This document shows, one piece after another, positions 11,025-20,270 of a DNA stretch of 64,000 nucleotides; position 1 is the first letter of the stretch; each line of letters opens with the position of its first letter. Position numbers and translations under genes: made by a program. The notes under the pieces were generated by a model that worked only from the letters and a program-made list of their open reading frames with translations, was not told the origin of the DNA and did not search any database. The stretch comes from a virus. Its lineage: Duplodnaviria; Caudoviricetes. The stretch covers positions 32,001 to 96,000 of the IMG/VR virus record IMGVR_UViG_3300036987_000310; one strand, given 5' to 3'.

Positions 11025-13382
11025 ATGACGACGGTTGGAATTTTCGTTCACGATCTTGGGTCTAGGGAGGTAAGGGTTCGTTTCGACCTTCCCGTTCCAG
11101 ACGCCGAGACTCCGTCGGATTATGTGTTTTCGTCGACGTCAGGTTATGTTCCGTCAATTGTTAGCGTGTCTTACTACGACGCCAACATGACGTCGGTGAG
11201 AGTTTTGTTTAATGCGGCGCTCACAAATGGAGAAACATATTCTTGTCAGATTTCGAATCTTCAGTCCTCTGACGGGTCTTTGGTGACTACGGCCCCGTTT
11301 GACTTTGTTGCTGCTGACGAAGATCTTCCGCAAATTCTGGGGGCTTATCAGTCTACTCGAAGATGCGTTGACATAGTTTGCGACAGACCTGTAGCAACAA
11401 CTTCCACAAGCGCTTCCGCACGCATAAAAGAGCCTGGGGGCGCATCTGTTGCAATGTCCTTGGTTCCTTGGACTGCCGACCAACACGAAAACTCTGTCAG
11501 GTTCTCATACGGCTCTGCTCCTACAGCAACAGAATATGCCATACAATTTTCCGACATAGTGGACATGTCCGGAAACACGTGCAGGAGCGGGGAAATTCCT
11601 TTGGATTTAGCCTATGGGCCGACGGGGTACGCGGATTTGGTTCAGGCAAGAGCTACACTGGCCACGGTTGCTGACATCAGCAACGCTGAAGGATTTGCTG
11701 CGACTGTTTTGCGTGTGTTTTTTAACTGCCCGATGTTTGCAAGCGACGTGTTGAACGAGTCGAAATGGGTAGTAAGCCAAAACGGATCTCATGTCGCTGC
11801 GGATTTGACGAATGCAATCACGGCTCCCAACGCGATCGACACATCATCGTTTGTGAACCTGGCAAATGATGGGAAAGCGATGGCGAACGCTCATTTGGCT
11901 TCCCATGCTCATCTTGTCACGGATTTTGTCAATCAAATCTTTACTGCTGACGCCATCGATTATGCAACAGCGTCAAATTTGGCTGATGAAGTGTTTAGCG
12001 TGTTGTCTGCACATTACGAGCGGACAGACATGCACCTATATGCCGATCACGTTCATGTTTTGGACTCTTCCATATCGGATCCAATGGATAGACTGAACTC
12101 TTTGAAAGAAAAGTTCAATGAACACCTTGAGGAGTCTTATGGCCTTGAGTTCTCTGATGCTTATGATCCAATCGGCCCGATTGTGAATTTTGCGTCGTCC
12201 GGAAACGCTTCGTTTGTGTTGGACAGGTATACATGGTTTGCAGATTTGCACATTGCATCGGATGCTGACCGAGCTATTTTTTCAATAAGCATGACGTCTA
12301 TCCGTAGCGAAGACCTTGCAAGCTCTGTTACGAGCACGATTTTGGCTGGCCCGTTGAATGGACCGCCAGCGGTCATGTCCGTTTCTAGATCCTTCCGCGG
12401 AGCGATTGTGAGGATGAACTGTGACACTGATGTTGAGGGCGCTGACCTTTGCTCGTTGACGGATGTGGACTGTGGCGTTTCTGTGAAGTTTTCTGTTCGC
12501 GCGTCGTCTTCCGTGCCTGTTTTGCTATGGGCGCTAAACAACGTTCTTCAAGCATACAGAATGCACATAAGCTACTCCACTCATCCGCTTCTTGGAGCAT
12601 TGCACAAAAATCCGGATGTAACGAACACCGTTTCTTTTTCCAACTATGTCACAGACATGGATTTGGACGTTTTGATTCAAAAAACCAATTGGTTGAAGTG
12701 GAAAATCGACGCCCATATGACGTCTGAGCTTTACCACTATGGAGCCGATGTTCCGATTGAAGTTCCGGACGCGGTTGATTTCAACTCTTTAGAAAAGCTG
12801 ATACTCAGTCTCCGCAACCGTTTGTCTCGTCACAACTCGTCTGGTTTTTCTCAGATTCGCGACATCATTCCGGCAACGAGAAGTCTCCATGCCCATCCTG
12901 GAGCTGGCATCGTTTCGGCAAACATCGGAAACCTTGTTGTCGTATCTTTTGACGGCGCCATAGACGGAAACTCTTTGGTTTTCAAGGCTCCTGTTTTGAA
13001 AACGTGGAAAGACAACCGTCCAAACGTGGTGGAACGCGTGATTCCTGGTTTCGTAAACATTGAGTTCATAGCGTCTGACAACCTTCCGACTCTCACTTCG
13101 GCAGTTGCTCGCCCGGGTTTTTCTGCGTCAAGTCCGAGTCCATACCTCATGTCGGACACGATTGAATTGTACTTGTCGAAGCCTATGAGGAATCAAACCA
13201 TTTCCATGGGAACAAACATTGTCATTACTGGAGCTTCCATAGTGGCATCGGACGCTTGGTGGACGAACGATCGAACGATTTCTGTTCAAGTGTTGAGCAT
13301 GCTTGCCGCAACGTATTCCATTGAAGCGTTCGACATGTGCGATTTTGCCGGAAACCTTGTACCAACTCTGATTGTGTCTTGA
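11025..13382 (+). CDS. Virion structural protein with Ig-like modules and His-pair helical repeats
   Basis: 785 aa; beta-rich modules plus two triplets of LxNxxKxxxNxH-x(5-12)-H repeats, some degenerate. Confidence 0.6.
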   Translation: MTTVGIFVHDLGSREVRVRFDLPVPDAETPSDYVFSSTSGYVPSIVSVSYYDANMTSVRVLFNAALTNGETYSCQISNLQSSDGSLVTTAPFDFVAADEDLPQILGAYQSTRRCVDIVCDRPVATTSTSASARIKEPGGASVAMSLVPWTADQHENSVRFSYGSAPTATEYAIQFSDIVDMSGNTCRSGEIPLDLAYGPTGYADLVQARATLATVADISNAEGFAATVLRVFFNCPMFASDVLNESKWVVSQNGSHVAADLTNAITAPNAIDTSSFVNLANDGKAMANAHLASHAHLVTDFVNQIFTADAIDYATASNLADEVFSVLSAHYERTDMHLYADHVHVLDSSISDPMDRLNSLKEKFNEHLEESYGLEFSDAYDPIGPIVNFASSGNASFVLDRYTWFADLHIASDADRAIFSISMTSIRSEDLASSVTSTILAGPLNGPPAVMSVSRSFRGAIVRMNCDTDVEGADLCSLTDVDCGVSVKFSVRASSSVPVLLWALNNVLQAYRMHISYSTHPLLGALHKNPDVTNTVSFSNYVTDMDLDVLIQKTNWLKWKIDAHMTSELYHYGADVPIEVPDAVDFNSLEKLILSLRNRLSRHNSSGFSQIRDIIPATRSLHAHPGAGIVSANIGNLVVVSFDGAIDGNSLVFKAPVLKTWKDNRPNVVERVIPGFVNIEFIASDNLPTLTSAVARPGFSASSPSPYLMSDTIELYLSKPMRNQTISMGTNIVITGASIVASDAWWTNDRTISVQVLSMLAATYSIEAFDMCDFAGNLVPTLIVS

Positions 13383-13391
13383 GGAGGAAAA

Positions 13392-16300
13392 GTGGCGCCT
13401 GTTTCACTGTCAGGGTTGAGCTCGATTGCGGATAGAATACTGTTCACGCGTCGTGCTCCCATTGTGAAACAACCTTTGTCGCTTTTGACTGGAGGGGACC
13501 TAGTAATACTTTCTGAAACGTCAGTCAGAATCGTGTCCGCGAATTTCACTTCTGACGACATTGGAAAAACTCTTGAGATTTCCGGAAGCTATGGAGCCAG
13601 AAACGATGGACTGTTTTCCATAGTCGAGGTTCTAAACTCGGTCACAGTTGAATTGGGCGGGGCGAACTTTGACATGGTTGATGAAACCGCCATGACTGAG
13701 GCGCTTGTCGCTTTGTCAAACAACTTGAAGGCTGTTTACAACAGGCACAGAATCCACATAGACTTGAGGCTCGACGGACCTCCGTACACAACACACTTGG
13801 TGAACGACACCACAAACGATGTTGTGTCCCCAGACGCCTCCACGCTTCCGATGTGCATAACATTGTTGAATGAGCTCAGAAGCAAATTCTCCAACCATAT
13901 TTCAAACTCTGGAGACGACTTTCACATAAACATTGACCAGTGGAACGGGGTTGTGTTTGGAGAAGCTGACGGCCTAGCGAGCGCTGTCATGCTTGCCAAC
14001 GAGTTGAGGATAAGATACGAATCGCATAGAATAGAGCGCAGGTCTCACTCTCTTGGCGACGCAGACAGTCGTGTTACTGCTCCGCGCGTGAATGTTGTTA
14101 GACAGTCTTCGCCAGGATCTCTTGTTGGTCCGTTTTTCTGGACTTTGTACGATCCAAGGCTCGGAATGGTTGCAGACTCTCCAAGCGATGTCGTGGTTCG
14201 TGTGAACGGAACCCCGGTTGACGCTGAGGCAGTTTTTGGGATGCTTGGGGCCGTCGTTCTTCCGTTGAAGCCAACCCCAACGGACACTGTGGCAATTGAT
14301 TATGACTTTTTAAACAACCCTCCTGCAAGATTTTTGCGCCTCAATTCCCCGGAGTTTGTCCTTAACCAGGATAAGAATAATGGCATGATGGGGTTTCCAT
14401 CGCACAGGTATCGCGCTAGGTCTTACCTGATTGACCCTGGAAACACGCCAGACTTCACATCCGCTGTATCTCCATATAAGGCTGGGTGGAAGTATAAAGC
14501 ATGTGAGAGGCAGTATACGGCCGCTTCAAACGACCCAGCTACGCTATTGCTAAACTCGCCTTTCAAGAGAATAAAATACCCTGTACTGCGCACATTTGTA
14601 AAAGAGACCACGATATCGTACGATCCTGTTGCTCTTCCCCAGGACGCGTCGGACCCATGGAACTTGGAAGGAGAGGGGCAGTTTTATCTTTCTAGTGGTC
14701 TTCTCACGATAACGGACAACGACGTTCAAAATACGCTAGACAGCAAGCCTCCGTTTTTCACGCACACGTCTGACATAATCACCGACAGCATAGTGTCTGC
14801 TGCTTTCAGAGCTCGCGTTGACGAGTCTCAGCTAGATGGCGTTTTTACTGGCGTCGGGTTTGGCGTGTCTGACGGGTTTGATGTCATACTTGTCGGCTTC
14901 GTAAAAACAGAAGCCACGAACCTGTCGTCTTCCATAGCTATCGCAAACGACATAAAAGCAAAGTTCAACCTTCACCTTGTTGAACCCACGGTGCATGGGA
15001 CAGACGATTTGTCTGATGTGATTGGAATTGTTGACGCTAGAGACTTGAGTTCTTTGATCATTTTGTTGAACGCGCTAAAGCTGAAGTTCAACACCCATGT
15101 TTTGAAAGCCGACCCTACTTTTGTCAGCGTCGACGTTCACAAAGACTTTGACACAAACGAGATTTTGTCTGATGACGCCGAAAACTTGGACACATCTCTG
15201 ACTCTTGCAAACGAATTGCGATCGAAAATTGACGCCCACAGAACATCCACGGGCATTCACTTCGTTGACGACACTTTCAACGAAATTCCTCTCACCATGC
15301 AGGTTGGCATCCTAACCAACTCTGGGGCGTATGAATTCCAAGACAGCTGGGAATCCGGAGCTGTCAACTGGACTGTGTTGAGAACATACAGAGTGCACAG
15401 AGATTCTGACGGCAACGCCAGTTTATATATGAGCGGGGACGTGGACCCTCTGGCAACGGTTTCAAAAGCAGACCTTCCTTCCATTTCTGACTTTGGAGGG
15501 AAATTCGACCCTGTGCAGCAGGTGTTTTTTGGGTCAATTAGTAGAGAAGCCACATCTGTCAGCACATGGAATTTGATTCGTGCGAATATAAGCCCAGTGA
15601 ATTCAAACTTGTTGGAAGATAACAAATCTGTGGCTTTTGACGGGTCTACGACACCTGAACTTGACCTCATTAGTCCGTGGGTCACGCTAGGACACGGCGG
15701 CACAGAGCGCACGTATCCAGGGTCTCCCGGGGGCGTCCAAGTTGACTCGACTTGTTCCGCATACCCGTCTGAGATTGTAGCAATGGGGGCCAGTTCTGGG
15801 GCGTTTCGCGGGTATATGCGGTTTGAACCCATGCTTGCCCCGTCAACGTCCTGCGCTATTGAGTTTGAATCCTCCGTTGATTACTACACGTTTGGCCTCG
15901 GAAATCGGTCCAACGGATTGTTTATGGACGACGGGCAGCTTTCGGTTCATTTTGCATTCTTATACTTCTCCCCGAGCCCTGCCCATGTTGTCGGATCGGC
16001 AAGCACTTTTTCAGTTAACTCATCTGATAAGATGTACATCAGTTTTGACGGAAGCGCGTCAAAAACTGTGAGTTTCACATCAACTTTAACGTCGGCAGCT
16101 GACGTGGCTTCTGTGATAAACGCAACAGTCGGATCCTCCATTGCTGGAGACGACGGGTTGAATCACGTTGAAATAACATATGGAACGGGGGCTTCTTCAT
16201 ACATTTCGATAGACGGTGGCTCCGCGTCTCAAAAACTCGGGCTAACTGTCGGAAAATATTTTGGCCGAGATTCAAATCCGGAGCCTCGAGTCTCGTGGTT

Positions 16301-19300
16301 TAGCGAAGCTCCGCCAGATTCTGTCGACATACCATGGACAAAGTACGGATCCGCCAGCGTTCAAATGATTGGAGCTGTTCATTCTCCTGTCATGCGCTTG
16401 ACTGATTCGATTGCTACAGAATATGTCACGTTTTCCATGTTGAACCCTATTGTCGTCACTGACGTCATGGAGCCAGCGAACGATTGGAAGCTGGACATCC
16501 GTTTGACAGTTGACAGTTTCACCGCTGGCGACGCCGTTCCCGCCACGATTCCGCTTGTCAATTTGCATTTTGCCGGCGTTTTGGTGAACGTGGACGAAGG
16601 GTACGGGGGAAAAAACATTGAGCTCCATTGTTCAGTGGACGCTTCTGGAAATCCATATTTGAACCTTGTCACTTACAATGCAGGAACAGACACAATAGAC
16701 CCTATCGCTCAGTATTTGTTTTCTTGGAACGATGGGGAAGCTCACAGTTTTAACATATTCACAAACAAGGGAGCTGACCAGCTTTTTGTGTATGCCGATG
16801 GCGCGCAGCTCATCCCAACCGCCGGCATTCCGGCATATTCGTCGTTCGGGACGGCAACTGGGGCGACCCCGTCTGTTTCCTTTGGATCTGGAGCGGAAGC
16901 AGTGTCGAATGTCGACTTGAAGACGGCAGTGTCCACAGTCGACTGGGAATCCGTGGCCGTGTTTAAAGACAGCAAACTGTCTGATCTGACGGCTTCTTCC
17001 AAAAGATATATCGGGATTCACCGTGGCGGAAATCCCGCCTTACTCAGTTCTTGGTATGTCGCGAATGTGGACTGGGCATCATTCCACACATACAGGATAG
17101 TAAGAGACCCAGGAAGTTTCATAGCTGTCTACTTGGATGGAGGAAACACCCCCGTCTTGTCCGTTAGCTATGACCCAATAAGGCTTCCTCCTTGCTCTTC
17201 CAGCTTTTTCAACGAAATAACCAACGATCGGTCCATCGTTGCTTGGGGAACGTTTGACCCCCAGGAAATTAGCAGAACTAGATGGAAATTCGTCAATTAT
17301 TCGATGGGCAAGCTTACTCTGACAGATAGGCTTGTCCCCCCACATCAGGTTTTGAACCAGTCAAACGTGATGGCATCTCCGGATCACGCGAACACTGGGG
17401 TTAAACACAGTCACTTTGGATTCTCCGTGTATTCGGGAGGAACTCCAAACGACGATTTCATGGCTGACTTAAACGTTCCAGCATACACGATTCTTGGCGA
17501 AAGAGTTCCTCCTGTTCCAAAGACTCAAGACTTGGAGTCCAGGGGAGGCCTAGTCAGAAGCGCTGTTCCTGCAATGGACGTTTCCGCAGTGGATTTCATA
17601 AACCAAAAGGGGCTTCTTGGACAATTTGAAAACGACGATGAAAATCTTGTTTCGGTTGAGGACTCCATAAGTCCTACATATGCCGTTTCCGTCGTAGTCG
17701 ACGTGGCGAACGATGCTTCAACAGCGTATGAAAGTCATCGTGTTCGCCATGATGTTGCCGCAAACGTCCACTCCGTGGACGATGTTCTGAATATCATAAC
17801 AACATCAGCTGCTTCCGATCTGCCGACGTCCATTGTCAGACTGATAGATTATAAAGCAGTTTTCAATGCCCACATTGTCGATGCCGTTTCGCACCTTCCA
17901 TCTGACGCGGCGAACATGATTTCGTCTCCAGATCCGACAGACCTAGATTCTTCAATCGTTCTTTCGAACGAGATATCGAGTCGATATGGAAACCACCTTC
18001 TAAAAGGATTTTTTCACTTCATACCGCCTGGCGCTCCATACTTTGACAACTTAGTAACGGTTGCTGACGCCACGGACGCCGCTACATGTTCGACGTTGTT
18101 GAACGACGCCACGGCTGGCATAAAGCAAAGATTTTTGGAACATGTAGCGTCTCTGAACTGGCATGGAAAGACGGCAAACTATTCTGTGACGCTAAACTAT
18201 GGATCCACATCGGTTCCAATTTCTTTCATCATAACTCTGGCAAACCATCTGAAGCGCTTGTTTAATCAACACATGACCACGGATGGCGTTCATGTGTTGA
18301 ACGACTCCGTCAATGTGATCTTGACTAGCGACGCGCACGATGTTGACACAGCGATTGCCCTGACCAATGAGGTTAAAGCTGCGTATAACGCGCACGTTGT
18401 TGGACAGCTTGTGCATTCGATCATTGGAACACAAGACGCATATTATCACGCGCCAATTGCAAACCCGTTACAATCCGTCGTTGAGCTGGCAAACGACATT
18501 TTGACCACATTCAATGCGCACGCAGTGTTTCTTAAGTCCCATGTTGAAAAAGACATAGACAGCCTTGTGAAAGCTCAACCCGCGTATGACACTACGTCCG
18601 CAATTGAACTGGCAAACGTTCTCAAATCTTCGTTCAACGCGCATAGAACTGCAGAACATAGGGGGAGCAAAGTGCACGTTCGCGATGACGTAGTAAACAT
18701 CGTGTCTACTGCCGATGCCACGGACTTGGACACCGCTTCAAGTTTGTTGAATGCTGTGAAGTCAGCGTACGAAAGCCATCGAGAAGAAGTTGGAGTTCAT
18801 GGGTCCGCCGCTTTCATACGCTTGGAAGCGCCTTCCCGAGTTCTATACGAAGGAATGAAATTTTGGACGTCTGAGGACGGTGTCGAAGGCCTTGTGTCTT
18901 CTTTTTCAGACGATGAGACATGGCATATTGACGCAGTCAAAAATCAGTCGGACAAATCGTTGACGTACACCGGGGAAGCTTTGCCAGAACAAGCTGTTCT
19001 TGTTAGCATTTTTGCAGATCCGACAAAAATCGTGGATGGTGACACGCTTGTTCTTGAGATTGATCGAAATCATCCTTCGACAATAACTTTTCAGGCCTCC
19101 GACACGACTCTTTTAGATGTCGTTGACAGAATAAACGCGACAGTGCCATCGTGCGCTTCTGTCGAGGGTTCTGAAATAAGGCTTGAAAGTCCGGCCCCGG
19201 GTCCGACTTCGTCTGTTATTGTGAACAGTGGGACAGCGCTTGAAAAACTAGGTTTTTCAATCCCCCATCACTCTCCTTGGTATATAATTTCAAACAATCC

Positions 19301-19700
19301 ATCCAACGTTTCAGTTTCTCTTATGTCCATGGGAGGAGAAAACTTTTTAAGATATGGTGTGACTGATGCGTCAAAAACAGTATACGCAAACTTTGTTGGA
19401 TATCCAGCAATGGCCTCAGCCAGCTTCAGTCTAAACTTTCGCGTTAGAATCAATCGCGATTTTGGAGTGGAAGACTCAGGCGTATATGTTGGTCTTTCCG
19501 GGTCTGCCAATGTTTTTGGGTATGCTGTCGCCATAGGGTGGGGAGGAACTTTGTCAAACAGATACGTCAAGATTCAAGACATGAATTCGAACGAGATTTT
19601 GAACAAGATTCCATTCGATTGGTATGACGGCGATTTTCACACATATTTGTTCTCATACGATGGAAGAAGTCAAACTTTCAAATTGTCTATTGATCCATGA
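13392..19700 (+). CDS. Giant virion/tail protein (2102 aa) with 15 His-pair helical repeats
   Basis: SD GAGGAGG before a GTG start. Repeats of LANxLKxxFNAH-x(6-15)-H occur in clusters of 3, 3 and 9, interspersed with beta-sandwich-like segments. Confidence 0.7.
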   Translation: MAPVSLSGLSSIADRILFTRRAPIVKQPLSLLTGGDLVILSETSVRIVSANFTSDDIGKTLEISGSYGARNDGLFSIVEVLNSVTVELGGANFDMVDETAMTEALVALSNNLKAVYNRHRIHIDLRLDGPPYTTHLVNDTTNDVVSPDASTLPMCITLLNELRSKFSNHISNSGDDFHINIDQWNGVVFGEADGLASAVMLANELRIRYESHRIERRSHSLGDADSRVTAPRVNVVRQSSPGSLVGPFFWTLYDPRLGMVADSPSDVVVRVNGTPVDAEAVFGMLGAVVLPLKPTPTDTVAIDYDFLNNPPARFLRLNSPEFVLNQDKNNGMMGFPSHRYRARSYLIDPGNTPDFTSAVSPYKAGWKYKACERQYTAASNDPATLLLNSPFKRIKYPVLRTFVKETTISYDPVALPQDASDPWNLEGEGQFYLSSGLLTITDNDVQNTLDSKPPFFTHTSDIITDSIVSAAFRARVDESQLDGVFTGVGFGVSDGFDVILVGFVKTEATNLSSSIAIANDIKAKFNLHLVEPTVHGTDDLSDVIGIVDARDLSSLIILLNALKLKFNTHVLKADPTFVSVDVHKDFDTNEILSDDAENLDTSLTLANELRSKIDAHRTSTGIHFVDDTFNEIPLTMQVGILTNSGAYEFQDSWESGAVNWTVLRTYRVHRDSDGNASLYMSGDVDPLATVSKADLPSISDFGGKFDPVQQVFFGSISREATSVSTWNLIRANISPVNSNLLEDNKSVAFDGSTTPELDLISPWVTLGHGGTERTYPGSPGGVQVDSTCSAYPSEIVAMGASSGAFRGYMRFEPMLAPSTSCAIEFESSVDYYTFGLGNRSNGLFMDDGQLSVHFAFLYFSPSPAHVVGSASTFSVNSSDKMYISFDGSASKTVSFTSTLTSAADVASVINATVGSSIAGDDGLNHVEITYGTGASSYISIDGGSASQKLGLTVGKYFGRDSNPEPRVSWFSEAPPDSVDIPWTKYGSASVQMIGAVHSPVMRLTDSIATEYVTFSMLNPIVVTDVMEPANDWKLDIRLTVDSFTAGDAVPATIPLVNLHFAGVLVNVDEGYGGKNIELHCSVDASGNPYLNLVTYNAGTDTIDPIAQYLFSWNDGEAHSFNIFTNKGADQLFVYADGAQLIPTAGIPAYSSFGTATGATPSVSFGSGAEAVSNVDLKTAVSTVDWESVAVFKDSKLSDLTASSKRYIGIHRGGNPALLSSWYVANVDWASFHTYRIVRDPGSFIAVYLDGGNTPVLSVSYDPIRLPPCSSSFFNEITNDRSIVAWGTFDPQEISRTRWKFVNYSMGKLTLTDRLVPPHQVLNQSNVMASPDHANTGVKHSHFGFSVYSGGTPNDDFMADLNVPAYTILGERVPPVPKTQDLESRGGLVRSAVPAMDVSAVDFINQKGLLGQFENDDENLVSVEDSISPTYAVSVVVDVANDASTAYESHRVRHDVAANVHSVDDVLNIITTSAASDLPTSIVRLIDYKAVFNAHIVDAVSHLPSDAANMISSPDPTDLDSSIVLSNEISSRYGNHLLKGFFHFIPPGAPYFDNLVTVADATDAATCSTLLNDATAGIKQRFLEHVASLNWHGKTANYSVTLNYGSTSVPISFIITLANHLKRLFNQHMTTDGVHVLNDSVNVILTSDAHDVDTAIALTNEVKAAYNAHVVGQLVHSIIGTQDAYYHAPIANPLQSVVELANDILTTFNAHAVFLKSHVEKDIDSLVKAQPAYDTTSAIELANVLKSSFNAHRTAEHRGSKVHVRDDVVNIVSTADATDLDTASSLLNAVKSAYESHREEVGVHGSAAFIRLEAPSRVLYEGMKFWTSEDGVEGLVSSFSDDETWHIDAVKNQSDKSLTYTGEALPEQAVLVSIFADPTKIVDGDTLVLEIDRNHPSTITFQASDTTLLDVVDRINATVPSCASVEGSEIRLESPAPGPTSSVIVNSGTALEKLGFSIPHHSPWYIISNNPSNVSVSLMSMGGENFLRYGVTDASKTVYANFVGYPAMASASFSLNFRVRINRDFGVEDSGVYVGLSGSANVFGYAVAIGWGGTLSNRYVKIQDMNSNEILNKIPFDWYDGDFHTYLFSYDGRSQTFKLSIDP

Positions 19701-19757
19701 AAGTTTGATAAGCCGTGGTAGCGACCGGAGCAGCAACCGGGAATAACGGAGAAAAAG

Positions 19758-20180
19758 ATGGCGGCCAACAAGTCAGAAACTCTTGCAAACAATGTTATCA
19801 ACTTCTTTCTCAGGGCAAATGCTGGATCGGTAACTGCCCCGGCGACGGTATATGCCGCTCTTTTCACTGTGTCTCCAACTTCTACGACGTTTGGAACAGA
19901 AGTGTCTGGTGGCAACTATGCCCGAGTAAACTGTGGAGAAACTTCTGCTATCACTTTCTCTGCAGCGTCCGGCGGTGCTTCTGCAAATGCTGCGGCCATT
20001 CAGTTTCCAACTGCCAATGCGTCATGGGGAGAAATCAAAGCCGTTGCTATTTTGAATCATGTTTCTGATTCAAACCCGTCGAACATCATATACTGGGGTG
20101 CATTGTCAGCTTTCAAAACAGTTGACAGCGGCGACACAGTCACTTTCAACACGTCTGCTTTGGCGATCGCTGAAACCTGA
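19758..20180 (+). CDS. Small tail-fibre-associated structural protein
   Basis: TVYAALFTVSP...EVSGGNYAR...NAAAIQFPTANASWGEI...YWGAL...KTVDSGDTVTF, a widespread phage minor tail/fibre module usually preceding fibre genes. SD GGAG. Confidence 0.7.
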   Translation: MAANKSETLANNVINFFLRANAGSVTAPATVYAALFTVSPTSTTFGTEVSGGNYARVNCGETSAITFSAASGGASANAAAIQFPTANASWGEIKAVAILNHVSDSNPSNIIYWGALSAFKTVDSGDTVTFNTSALAIAET

Positions 20181-20270
20181 TTTTCAACGAAGTTCTGCAG
20201 ACATCTGTGGACCGTATCGTTTAGTTTGGCGCCTCTTTAAGCTCTTTTGAAAGCTTAGCAGAGGAGTATC

